Virus record (IMG/VR): IMGVR_UViG_3300030392_000170
Span: 1 to 36,097 of that record
Direction: 5' to 3' (one strand)
DNA: 36,097 nucleotides
Source of the DNA: a virus
Lineage: Duplodnaviria > Caudoviricetes
Shown: positions 26,288 through 34,448 of the stretch, piece by piece
How the letters are laid out: every line of letters begins with the position of its first letter
How positions within the stretch are numbered: the stretch's first letter is position 1
Translations under genes and position numbers: made by a program
Notes under the pieces: generated by a model
What the model saw: only the letters and a program-made list of their open reading frames with translations
Told to the model about the DNA's origin: nothing
Databases searched by the model: none

Positions 26288-27379
26288 ATGAAAGAATACG
26301 GAAGAAGATTAAGACTTAGTAAAGAAGAAGAAGAAATAATCTACCAAAATAGAGCTGAAACTGTTGACAATATTAATGGTAATACAGCTTTAGAAATTCA
26401 TTTGAAACAGAGGGGCATAGATAAAAATGATGTTGTTAGTGTAAAGCATTGGCAATCAGCTTCTGGAGAATTAAGATTCTCTATTGTAACAAAAGAAAAT
26501 ATTGATGAGAGAGAAATTATTTTACCCAAAATAAAAGAATTAATTGAAAATCATTCTCCAGACTACAAAAAAATAAAAAGAAATTCTAAAGATGCTAACC
26601 AACATCTGTTAATAATCAATCCAGCTGATATACATATAGGTAAATATTCTAATGATTTAGAAACTAAAGATGGATATAATATAGATATAGCTGTAGAAAG
26701 AGTAATTGAGGGTATTAATGGTATATTATGGAAAGTTGAGGGATTTAATATAGAGAGGATATTGTTTTGTATAGGTAATGATATTTTACATATAGATAAT
26801 GTTTATAATACAACTACTAAGGGAACTCATCAAGATACAGATGGAAAATGGTGGGAACATTTTGAAATTGCTTTAGCTTTATATGTGCAATGTGTGGAGA
26901 TTTTAAGGGAGGTGGCTCCTGTAGATTGTGTGCATTCAATGAGCAATCATGATTATCAAAGTGGCTTTCATTTAGCTCATGCACTTAAAAGTTGGTTCAG
27001 AAAATGTGATGATGTAACTGTTGACTCAGAAGTTTCTCATAGAAAATATTATAAGTATGGTAATAGTTTAATAGGTTTAGAGCATGGAGATGGGGCTAAA
27101 ATGGATAATTTACCATTATTAATGGCACAAGAGCAACCAAAATATTGGTCTGATACAAAGTTTAGATATTGGTATTTACATCATTTACATCATAAAGTTA
27201 AACATAAGTGGTTAGATACTAAAGATTATATTGGGGTTACTGTAGAATATTTAAGAAGTCCCGCAGGGACAGATAGTTGGCATAGTAGAAAGGGGTTTAC
27301 AGGTACTCCTAAAGCTGTTGAAGGTTTTTTACATGAGAGGTTTAATGGACAAGTGGCAAGAATTACACATTATTTTTAA
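26288..27379 (+). CDS. Calcineurin-like metallophosphoesterase
   Basis: ADIHIG, GNDILHID, SNHD, HGD, HHLHH motifs. Confidence 0.85.
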   Translation: MKEYGRRLRLSKEEEEIIYQNRAETVDNINGNTALEIHLKQRGIDKNDVVSVKHWQSASGELRFSIVTKENIDEREIILPKIKELIENHSPDYKKIKRNSKDANQHLLIINPADIHIGKYSNDLETKDGYNIDIAVERVIEGINGILWKVEGFNIERILFCIGNDILHIDNVYNTTTKGTHQDTDGKWWEHFEIALALYVQCVEILREVAPVDCVHSMSNHDYQSGFHLAHALKSWFRKCDDVTVDSEVSHRKYYKYGNSLIGLEHGDGAKMDNLPLLMAQEQPKYWSDTKFRYWYLHHLHHKVKHKWLDTKDYIGVTVEYLRSPAGTDSWHSRKGFTGTPKAVEGFLHERFNGQVARITHYF

Positions 27380-27384
27380 TTAAA

Positions 27385-27480
27385 GGGTATCTATAGGGTA
27401 TCTATACCCTTAAAGAATAAGAACAAGATAAAGCTAAAGAAAAAGATAAAGATAAAGATATAAAGAAAAGGTAAAAAAAA
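27385..27480 (+). promoter_or_regulatory. Origin-like element 2: iterated palindrome plus AAAGAT-periodic purine tract
   Basis: GGGTATCTATA x2 (27385-27406), palindrome GGGTAT-CT-ATACCC (27396-27409), then GAACAAGATAAAGCTAAAGAAAAAGATAAAGATAAAGAT. Confidence 0.6.
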
Positions 27481-27554
27481 GTGTAACCTTTTACTAAAAT
27501 ATATCGTATAATATAGTAGAAACACAAAGAAAATTAAATAAAAGTCCAAAATAA

Positions 27555-27586
27555 TTTGGCAGTTCCATTTATTATTCGTATCTTTG
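27555..27586 (+). promoter_or_regulatory. Consensus Bacteroidetes sigma-A promoter (middle operon 1)
   Basis: TTTG (27555-27558)-N20-TATCTTTG (27579-27586); flanks shared with 30373-30404 (AAATAATTTGG and TTCGTATCTTTGTATAAGA). Confidence 0.85.
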
Positions 27587-27638
27587 TATAAGATTTGAAA
27601 CAATAAATAGAATATAAACCTAAAAAAACTAAACTATT

Positions 27639-27851
27639 ATGAAAACAAAAACTAAAGAAATTTATTACTTAGTAGAATATGATTGTATGTATGATGGTAG
27701 ACAGTCAGAAGGAGTGTTTACTGAAAAAGGATGGAAGAAGTATATTAAAGAACAGAACAGATATAGAGATGCAAGCGAGGAGCGTTTATTTGATGAGAGC
27801 TGGGAAGAAAATATGGAATTTATCTTTACTGAAATTGAAGTGTATAATTAA
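27639..27851 (+). CDS. Hypothetical protein, 70 aa
   Basis: First ORF after the promoter; leader AACCTAAAAAAACTAAACTATTATG. Confidence 0.75.
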   Translation: MKTKTKEIYYLVEYDCMYDGRQSEGVFTEKGWKKYIKEQNRYRDASEERLFDESWEENMEFIFTEIEVYN

Positions 27852-27875
27852 AATAATAACCTAAAAAAACTAACT

Positions 27876-28163
27876 ATGATTAACACTATTATTACAGGAG
27901 GTCAGTATGATGACCCAAGAGAATACCAAGATGATACCCCCCAATGTAAGAACTGTGGATGTAACCCTAAACATGATGATACAGATGTGTGTTACGAGTG
28001 CATTGATGAGTTTGATGAAATGAAGGAAACTAGCTTATGCTGTGGAGACACTTTAGAAACTGACATGAATAGATGTTACTCTTGTAAAGAGTGGAGTGAA
28101 AGTGTATTTGATGAGCACTGCACAGAACATAATTTTAATCCAAAAACATACAGATATGGGTAG
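27876..28163 (+). CDS. Cys-rich zinc-binding protein
   Basis: CKNC, CYEC, SLCCG, CYSCKEW; leader ATAACCTAAAAAAACTAACTATG. Confidence 0.75.
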   Translation: MINTIITGGQYDDPREYQDDTPQCKNCGCNPKHDDTDVCYECIDEFDEMKETSLCCGDTLETDMNRCYSCKEWSESVFDEHCTEHNFNPKTYRYG

Positions 28164-28686
28164 AATGAAAGAAGAATTTATGGCAATGAGAGAACAAGAA
28201 CAAGAGAATATTAACCAAACTAATTATAAAATGAAAAAAGTAGAAAACAACACAACAAAAAAAGAAACTGTTGAAACTGTTAAAGAAACAAGAAAAGAAG
28301 CTTTGAGAAGATTATTCAAAGATAATGGACTTGTTGAAGAAGATGTTTACAAAGACAAGAGAGGATTTGTAATCATTACCAGAACAGGAATAGATAAAAT
28401 TGTATCTAAACATAACATCACTGTAGCATATGAAGTTATAACTATGGATATTGAAAAAGGAATTTGTGTATTAAAAGCTGTAGCTTCTATGAAAGTAAAT
28501 GGAGATATGCGCAACATGATGTCTTTTGGAGAATCTAAAGCTGAGGGAGATAACTCTAACCTAATGGGTGGAGGTAAAAAATTCCCTGTAGCTATGGCAG
28601 AGAAAAGAGCAATGAGTAGAGTTGTATTAAAGATTGCTGGATTCTATGAGCAAGGAGTATTTGGTCAGGATGAAATAGTTGATTAG
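28156..28686 (+). CDS. Putative single-strand annealing recombinase (RecT/Redbeta/Sak-like superfamily); start uncertain
   Basis: IITRTGIDKI, PVAMAEKRAMSRVVLK...GVFGQDE C-terminal motif. Confidence 0.55.
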   Translation: MGRMKEEFMAMREQEQENINQTNYKMKKVENNTTKKETVETVKETRKEALRRLFKDNGLVEEDVYKDKRGFVIITRTGIDKIVSKHNITVAYEVITMDIEKGICVLKAVASMKVNGDMRNMMSFGESKAEGDNSNLMGGGKKFPVAMAEKRAMSRVVLKIAGFYEQGVFGQDEIVD

Positions 28687-28926
28687 GTGGATGATAAGTT
28701 CTTTAACGAACTGATTAATGGAGAACCTTTATTATGCTCATGCGTTCAAATGGGCATAATAGAGTCTCTATTAAGAATTAGTCCTATATCAGAAGATGAA
28801 AAAGGTAAAATATATAAAGAGCTAGAATTTTATTCTGAAGAAGAAGCTGAAAAAATTATATCTTTATTAAAAAAAGATGTAATAACAATAGACCCCAAAG
28901 ACCAATGGAAAAAAATGTTTAACTAA
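28687..28926 (+). CDS. Hypothetical protein, 79 aa
   Basis: GTG start abutting the upstream stop. Confidence 0.65.
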   Translation: MDDKFFNELINGEPLLCSCVQMGIIESLLRISPISEDEKGKIYKELEFYSEEEAEKIISLLKKDVITIDPKDQWKKMFN

Positions 28927-28938
28927 AAAAAACTAAAG

Positions 28939-29250
28939 ATGGCAAAGAATAATTATGATAAAATAAGAAGTTCTAAAAATGAACTTGAAGCAATACTTCG
29001 TATTAGAGGTATATCCAAAGTAAGATTTGGTAAAATAATAAATGTAAAAGGTAGTACAATAGAAAAATATATTGATAACCCTTTTTATTTAAGATACTTC
29101 CACATGGCTAGATTAGCTACCTTTCTAAATATAGATGTTAAAGATGTTATAGATATTATAGAAGTTGATATACCTAATAGACATAACATAGTAGTAGATG
29201 GAGAGGAAAATTATGATATGGTAAGAGCTTTACCTACAAACAGAAGATAA
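28939..29250 (+). CDS. XRE/Cro-like helix-turn-helix protein
   Basis: LRIRGISKVRFGKIINVKGSTIEKYIDNP...RLATFLNIDV. Confidence 0.7.
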   Translation: MAKNNYDKIRSSKNELEAILRIRGISKVRFGKIINVKGSTIEKYIDNPFYLRYFHMARLATFLNIDVKDVIDIIEVDIPNRHNIVVDGEENYDMVRALPTNRR

Positions 29251-29252
29251 TT

Positions 29253-29675
29253 ATGAAATTTACAGACACTAAAAATAAATTTATTCTTGATTATATTGAG
29301 GATAAAATGGGAGTCTCTGCAGACAAAATAAAGAGCAGGGTAAGACTCAGAGAAATTGTTGACGCTAGGAGATTATATATGTATGTATTAAGAGAAGCTT
29401 TCGGTATTCCCTTTATGAAAATAGGACAACTGACAAACAATCATCATTCAACCGTAATAGCTAACTACAAAAGATTTGAGGACTTTTCAGAAATATATCC
29501 AAAAATAACATCCCTTCCATATAAAGATATTTGTTTTCAATTAGATATGATGAGCAATACTATAGATGGGCAGGTAAATGATTTAAAGGAACAAGTGATA
29601 CTGATAAATCAAAAGATAGACAAATTATTAACAATAAAACAATTAACAAATGGCAGAAAAAAATTACATAGCTAG
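29253..29675 (+). CDS. DnaA C-terminal (domain IV)-like DNA-binding protein
   Basis: RLREIVDARRLYMYVLRE...KIGQLTNNHHSTVIAN; C-terminal coiled coil. Confidence 0.75.
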   Translation: MKFTDTKNKFILDYIEDKMGVSADKIKSRVRLREIVDARRLYMYVLREAFGIPFMKIGQLTNNHHSTVIANYKRFEDFSEIYPKITSLPYKDICFQLDMMSNTIDGQVNDLKEQVILINQKIDKLLTIKQLTNGRKKLHS

Positions 29676-29895
29676 TAGTATTAAAGAATTTACTACTCAG
29701 TACGGAAGTTTAATAAACGCTAATCTTAAGTTAGATGACTTACAAAAGATAGCTAAAAATGGATGGGTACAGATTACAATAGCTGAAAGAAAAAACCCAT
29801 CAGAAAAAGGAGCTACTCATTATGCTTTTGAAAATACATACGAAGCTCCTAAAAAAGAAACTAAGACTTCTGATGATACAGATGTGCCATTCTAA
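29650..29895 (+). CDS. Small SSB-like protein
   Basis: 81 aa, beta-rich, acidic C-terminal tail SDDTDVPF. Confidence 0.6.
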   Translation: MAEKNYIASSIKEFTTQYGSLINANLKLDDLQKIAKNGWVQITIAERKNPSEKGATHYAFENTYEAPKKETKTSDDTDVPF

Positions 29896-29913
29896 TACAT
29901 GGTGGTGCATTAT

Positions 29914-29986
29914 AGGTCGGGGTTGAGTAGAGTGAATACGATACAGGAGATTGAGACTCAAATCACTTAACTCTCCCCTTCCTTTT
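29914..29986 (+). ncRNA. Possible structured intergenic RNA
   Basis: GGGGTTGAGT (29919-29928) pairs with ACTTAACTCT (29965-29974) using G:U pairs; T-run after it; GC-richer than its flanks. Confidence 0.3.
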
Positions 29987-29997
29987 ATAAAATTAAT

Positions 29998-30354
29998 ATG
30001 GAATACTCAAACGATTTTAAGTATGATTTAAAGTTAGGACAAATCAAAGAGAAAGAACTTGGAGATATACTTAACAATAAATCAATAGAAGTTAAGACAG
30101 ACTTACAGGCTGCTGAAACTGGCAGTGTATTTGTAGAGTATGAATGTCGTGGGAAACTGTCAGGTATCTCTAAAACGGAATCTGATTACTATTGTTTCGT
30201 TGTTTCTAAAGATTCTTTCATTTTAATTACAACAAAAAAACTAAAAGATAAGTGTAGAAAGTTCCTCAATACAAATTTAGATACTGTAGGAGGAGATAAT
30301 AACACTTCAAAAGGTATATTATTACCATTATTACAATTATTGATAGATATTTAG
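29998..30354 (+). CDS. PD-(D/E)XK-like nuclease family protein
   Basis: IEVKTD...GSVFVEYE...SGISKTESDYY. Confidence 0.6.
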   Translation: MEYSNDFKYDLKLGQIKEKELGDILNNKSIEVKTDLQAAETGSVFVEYECRGKLSGISKTESDYYCFVVSKDSFILITTKKLKDKCRKFLNTNLDTVGGDNNTSKGILLPLLQLLIDI

Positions 30355-30372
30355 AAAAAAACTACTAAATAA

Positions 30373-30404
30373 TTTGGTAGTCTCAGATATTTTTCGTATC
30401 TTTG
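30373..30404 (+). promoter_or_regulatory. Consensus Bacteroidetes sigma-A promoter (middle operon 2)
   Basis: TTTG (30373-30376)-N20-TATCTTTG (30397-30404). Confidence 0.85.
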
Positions 30405-30417
30405 TATAAGAATTAAG

Positions 30418-30432
30418 GGGTATCTATACCCT
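30418..30432 (+). promoter_or_regulatory. Operator-like palindrome identical to the core of origin-like element 2
   Basis: GGGTATCTATACCCT just downstream of the -7 box. Confidence 0.6.
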
Positions 30433-30460
30433 ATTATTAACCCTAAAAACTATAAAAACT

Positions 30461-31624
30461 ATGAAAAAAGAAAAAAATAAAATGTTAAATTATAAAGAAC
30501 TTTTAATAGATGTATTATCAGTTCAAACCTCATCAGGTCAAGAAGATTTGATGATAGAATATATAGAGAAGTTTGTGAAAAAAAATGTCCCTGACGCTGA
30601 TATTATTATAAAAGATAATAATGTTTATGTTACTAAGGGAACGACTTATTCTAAAGGAGCTTATCCTTGTGTGGTAGCTCATACCGATACGGTTCATAAA
30701 ATACATGCAGACTTTCAAGTGTATGAAAATAAAGATATAATCTTTGCTTTTAGCAATGATGAATATAAACAAGTGGGAGTTGGCGGAGATGATAAGGTTG
30801 GCGTTTGGGTAGCTTTAGAAATGCTTATATCTTGTGATACTATTAAATGTGCTTTTTTCCACTCAGAAGAAATTGGATGTATAGGAAGTACTGATGCTGA
30901 TATGGAATGGTTTAGTGATGTTGGATATGTATTTCAATCTGACAGGAGAGGACATACAGACTTCGTTAACAGTATTGGTGGTAAGGACTTGTTTGATGAG
31001 AAGTTCTCTAAAAAGATATCTAAAATCATTAAGCACTATGGATATAAAGAAACATCAGGCGCTATGACAGATGTTGAGCAATTAGTTGATAATGGACTAG
31101 ATGTTTGTGTAGCTAATATGAGTAGTGGATATTATAGTCCCCATTCTGATGAAGAAATTGTTGATTTTTATGCAGCTGAGAACTGTTTACTAATGATTGA
31201 AAGATTGATAGAAGAATTAGGATGTGAGAGATATACGAATAGGGAGTTTGGAAAATTCAGTTGGAGCAACTATGGTACATATAATGGATATGGAGGATAT
31301 GGTGGGCATTATTGGGGCGATTGTGCGGAAGAATATAATGATTCTGAATCAGAAGTTGTTACAGAAGGCGATGGTCAGGAAGTATGTTATTATTGTGGAG
31401 ATAGTGTGTTCCCATCTAATTGGGGTAAAAACTATAGATGGTGCCATGGATGTAATTCAGAAGTGTATTACGGAAAGGGGGAAATTGATATAGACCCTAA
31501 TCAAACCCAAATAGACTATGATGATGTTGCAGACAACTATGATGGGAGTATGAAACATAATCAAGCAGTAAATAAGATATTAGGCATGAAAGAAAATAAA
31601 CATTATAAAACCAAAACTAAATAA
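30461..31624 (+). CDS. M28/M20-family zinc peptidase with YG-rich linker and C-terminal zinc ribbon
   Basis: AHTDTVH, GGDDKVG, EEIGCIGS, DRRG, GYYSPHS; CYYC and CHGC pairs. Confidence 0.85.
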   Translation: MKKEKNKMLNYKELLIDVLSVQTSSGQEDLMIEYIEKFVKKNVPDADIIIKDNNVYVTKGTTYSKGAYPCVVAHTDTVHKIHADFQVYENKDIIFAFSNDEYKQVGVGGDDKVGVWVALEMLISCDTIKCAFFHSEEIGCIGSTDADMEWFSDVGYVFQSDRRGHTDFVNSIGGKDLFDEKFSKKISKIIKHYGYKETSGAMTDVEQLVDNGLDVCVANMSSGYYSPHSDEEIVDFYAAENCLLMIERLIEELGCERYTNREFGKFSWSNYGTYNGYGGYGGHYWGDCAEEYNDSESEVVTEGDGQEVCYYCGDSVFPSNWGKNYRWCHGCNSEVYYGKGEIDIDPNQTQIDYDDVADNYDGSMKHNQAVNKILGMKENKHYKTKTK

Positions 31625-31626
31625 TT

Positions 31627-32286
31627 ATGGCAAAGAGATTTACAGACACAGACAAATGGAAAAAAGGATGGTTCAAACAACTGAATCCTAAACAAAGATT
31701 ATTCTGGCTATATGTCTTAGATGATTGTAGCGCAGCTGGTATATGGGATGTTGATTTAGAAGTTGCTGGAATCAGAATAGGAGAACCTATAAACTCTGAT
31801 GAGGCTGTTGAAGTTCTTGGTAAGGATGTTGTGTGGTTTGATGGTAATGAAAAGATATTTATACCTAAATTCATTGACTTTCAATATGGAGTATTGAATG
31901 AAAATTCCAGACCACACGCATCTGTTATTAAGATGTTAGACAAATATGATTTATACAGCTCAGGTAAAATTACAGGAGAAGTAGCTAATCCAATAGTACC
32001 AAAGGTTAGAGGATTTGTTAAGCCTTCGGTTGAAGATATTAATACTTACTATTTAGAAAGAAATAATAGTGATGAGTTTTATAAGGAAGGTCAGTTTGGA
32101 GAAGCCTTCTTTGATTTTTATGAAAGTAAGGGATGGATGGTAGGTAAAAATAAAATGAAAGATTGGAAGGCTGCCGTTAGAAATTGGGAGCGTAATAAAA
32201 CTAAAATAGAAATGGTTAAGGTAGGTAAGGTAGATAAACAGATAAGTAGTTGGCAAAGAGCCAGAGATATAGTAAAGAATAGTTAA
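31627..32286 (+). CDS. Phage replication initiator / replisome organizer
   Basis: MAKRFTDTDKWKKGWFKQL...AGIW winged-helix-type N-terminus; C-terminal FVKPS...FFDFYESKGWMVGKNKMKDWKAAVRNWE. Confidence 0.75.
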   Translation: MAKRFTDTDKWKKGWFKQLNPKQRLFWLYVLDDCSAAGIWDVDLEVAGIRIGEPINSDEAVEVLGKDVVWFDGNEKIFIPKFIDFQYGVLNENSRPHASVIKMLDKYDLYSSGKITGEVANPIVPKVRGFVKPSVEDINTYYLERNNSDEFYKEGQFGEAFFDFYESKGWMVGKNKMKDWKAAVRNWERNKTKIEMVKVGKVDKQISSWQRARDIVKNS

Positions 32287-32546
32287 TGAAACATAGAAGT
32301 AAAATGACACAGTTAGAATTAAATGCACTTACAGACAAGTCTCTACAAGCTTATGTTGTAGGGAGTGAAGGACAAGAATATTATGTTGAGCCAGAAAATG
32401 GCAGGTTCTTTGAAAGATATGAGATTAGATTGGTGGTTGGAGATAATATTAAAATAACCGTTGGAGCTAACAATATGTTGGTATTAGAAGATGAGGGTAA
32501 AAAATTTACTGATAAATTAATAATAAGAAAAGACCAAATAAAATGA
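32286..32546 (+). CDS. Hypothetical protein, 86 aa
   Basis: Translationally coupled on both sides. Confidence 0.7.
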   Translation: MKHRSKMTQLELNALTDKSLQAYVVGSEGQEYYVEPENGRFFERYEIRLVVGDNIKITVGANNMLVLEDEGKKFTDKLIIRKDQIK

Positions 32547-32935
32547 TAAAAGACATAGATATAAAAGAATTAGAATTAATGTGTGTTGATTTAATCAGCA
32601 AAACATTAGTTGAGCTGGGACAAGTAAAAGATGAGAAACATATCGTTATACTTGCTAAATCATTAGCTTATGATATTAAGGAAGATTTTAAGAACTTAAC
32701 ATTTGAGGATATAGTTCAGGCTTTTAGACAAGGAGTAAGAGGTACAGATAGTTTTGTATTAAATGTTCAGAATTATTATAAGTGGATAAAATCTCATAGA
32801 CAATTAATATGGAATGAATCAAGTAAAGAGCCTGAGCATCAAGATAAGAGATTAATATATAGAAACACAAAAGGTAAATTAGAACATATATCAAAAAAAC
32901 TAAATGTTAATTTAAAATTTAAAGAATTAAAATAA
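32543..32935 (+). CDS. Hypothetical protein, possibly a helicase loader
   Basis: Near the initiator; LTFEDIVQAFRQGVR...NYYKWIK; function inferred from position only. Confidence 0.45.
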   Translation: MIKDIDIKELELMCVDLISKTLVELGQVKDEKHIVILAKSLAYDIKEDFKNLTFEDIVQAFRQGVRGTDSFVLNVQNYYKWIKSHRQLIWNESSKEPEHQDKRLIYRNTKGKLEHISKKLNVNLKFKELK

Positions 32936-33150
32936 TGAGTTATAGAGCATTATATGAGAAACATATTGAGAAAATACCTAAAGATTGGGATGTTCATCAC
33001 ATTGATTTTAATCATAATAACAATAGTTTAGATAATTTAATATCTATTCCAAAAGTAATCCATACAGTTATACATCAATGCGGATATATGTCAAAAGATG
33101 AAATAGAAAATTTAATACAAATATATAATATTAATAAAGAATTAAAATAA
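32935..33150 (+). CDS. Minimal HNH endonuclease
   Basis: DVHHIDFNHNNNSLDNL...H...H. Confidence 0.8.
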   Translation: MSYRALYEKHIEKIPKDWDVHHIDFNHNNNSLDNLISIPKVIHTVIHQCGYMSKDEIENLIQIYNINKELK

Positions 33151-33341
33151 TGACTCCAATACATATAACATTAAGGACTATACCCGACCATAAGAGATAT
33201 ACCATATTGAGTGATAAAGATAAGTCAGCTATATATAAAAGATTCTTATCTATATTCTATATAAGAGTTTCTAAAGTTTATGAAAGCCATGAGATATGGA
33301 CTACTGTAGTAAAAGAATATGAAAAATTAACAAACACATGA
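33150..33341 (+). CDS. Hypothetical protein, 63 aa
   Basis: TAATG coupling with the upstream gene. Confidence 0.6.
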   Translation: MTPIHITLRTIPDHKRYTILSDKDKSAIYKRFLSIFYIRVSKVYESHEIWTTVVKEYEKLTNT

Positions 33342-33550
33342 AACTGTTAGACATGCCTAAAAAAGAAATAGAAGAATTTGCATGCAACCCAATAGGGAAG
33401 GCTAGAATTATGGCTGAAGTAATGACATCAGACACTAATCTACAATGTAAATTACACAGTGCGATAACAACAGAACTTTCAGGAGAAGAAATTAATCAAC
33501 TCTGGAAAGAAATAATGATAAAAAATAGACAATTAAAATTAGACTTATGA
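33338..33550 (+). CDS. Hypothetical protein, 70 aa
   Basis: ATGA coupling with the upstream gene. Confidence 0.65.
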   Translation: MKLLDMPKKEIEEFACNPIGKARIMAEVMTSDTNLQCKLHSAITTELSGEEINQLWKEIMIKNRQLKLDL

Positions 33551-33678
33551 TAGCAATAATAACATTTGTAGTAGGGTTTGTGAGTGGTATGTATGTATCA
33601 ACACAAATAGAAAAATCAATAGATAAAAATATTACTAAAAACAAAAGAATGTGGAGAAAAAACGAAAAAGATGATTAG
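33547..33678 (+). CDS. Small single-TM protein, 43 aa (not in ORF track)
   Basis: MIAIITFVVGFVSGMYVSTQIEKSIDKNITKNKRMWRKNEKDD; ATGA coupling. Confidence 0.6.
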   Translation: MIAIITFVVGFVSGMYVSTQIEKSIDKNITKNKRMWRKNEKDD

Positions 33679-33693
33679 TTAAATAATTATTTA

Positions 33694-33701
33694 TATATTT
33701 G
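33694..33701 (+). promoter_or_regulatory. -7 promoter box; probably yields a leaderless mRNA
   Basis: TATATTTG, 4 nt before ATG 33706. Confidence 0.55.
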
Positions 33702-33705
33702 CCGT

Positions 33706-33888
33706 ATGAAATATAATAATATAAAAAGATTATTGAAGCAGCAGATTGAAAGCGGCGTTAGGTCGTTCTGGACTTTTGATGAAATTGTACCAGAATTTAG
33801 AATGATATACAAAACCTATAACGACGCTCTAACTATATATACCCCCCAACAACTTATTGATTATTTAGATGAAAAAGAAAGAGCATAG
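33706..33888 (+). CDS. Hypothetical protein, 60 aa
   Basis: ORF directly behind the -7 box. Confidence 0.65.
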   Translation: MKYNNIKRLLKQQIESGVRSFWTFDEIVPEFRMIYKTYNDALTIYTPQQLIDYLDEKERA

Positions 33889-34174
33889 TAAATACTATTA
33901 TGAATACGATAGGAATATGAGTACAACATTAGACTCAATGACTAATACAGATAAACATTTATTAGCTAGAGATAAAAGAGTTCCTGAATATTATAAAGGC
34001 AGGGAAGGATATCAAGCAAGAAAAGTATGTGATAACTTTGATTTAACTTACCATCTAGCAACAGCAACCACATATATATTAAGAGCTTATAAAAAACATG
34101 ATACTCCTGTTGATTGTATTAAGAAAGCAATAGCTCATTTAGAGTTTGAATTAGAAAAAATTAACGAAAAATAA
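33869..34174 (+). CDS. DUF3310-like protein
   Basis: PEYY...FDLTYHLATATTYILRAYKK...DCIKKAIAHLEFE. Confidence 0.7.
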   Translation: MKKKEHSKYYYEYDRNMSTTLDSMTNTDKHLLARDKRVPEYYKGREGYQARKVCDNFDLTYHLATATTYILRAYKKHDTPVDCIKKAIAHLEFELEKINEK

Positions 34175-34178
34175 AAAT

Positions 34179-34448
34179 ATGACAACAACACTATACATTA
34201 TTTGCGGAATTTTATTACTTTGGCTCATTGGAGTTGATGTAAGATATTACCATGTAAATAAGAAGATAAGTATTATTCATAATACTCAAAAAACTCTTTT
34301 AGACTTCGTAAATGGAGTTATTAAAGAAAGGCAAAATGAAAAAGAAAAAAAAGAAAAAGAAGAAAATAAATCCGAGCCTCAACGAAACAACAAAAAACGG
34401 ATTATTAAAAAAGTCAAGCGAGTACGAGCTCCAAAAGTCAGTAGTTAA
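34179..34448 (+). CDS. Single N-terminal TM protein with charged tail
   Basis: LYIICGILLLWLIGV; tail overlaps the next gene. Confidence 0.6.
   Translation: MTTTLYIICGILLLWLIGVDVRYYHVNKKISIIHNTQKTLLDFVNGVIKERQNEKEKKEKEENKSEPQRNNKKRIIKKVKRVRAPKVSS

Noticed and set aside
27391-27603. Minus-strand hydrophobic 70-aa ORF
   Set aside because: Its Phe/Ile/Leu content is the mirror of the purine tract; it overlaps a + strand promoter and has no credible leader
28939-29250. Lysogeny module (CI repressor plus integrase)
   Set aside because: The HTH gene is co-oriented inside an operon, lacks a peptidase domain, and no integrase or divergent switch is recognisable
29896-29997. tRNA gene
   Set aside because: No cloverleaf, T-loop GTTC motif or CCA end could be fitted
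22673-31493. Alternative-frame + strand ORFs 22673, 24983, 27679 and 31224
   Set aside because: They are nested in well-supported genes and show the Met/Ile/Val-rich composition of off-frame reading
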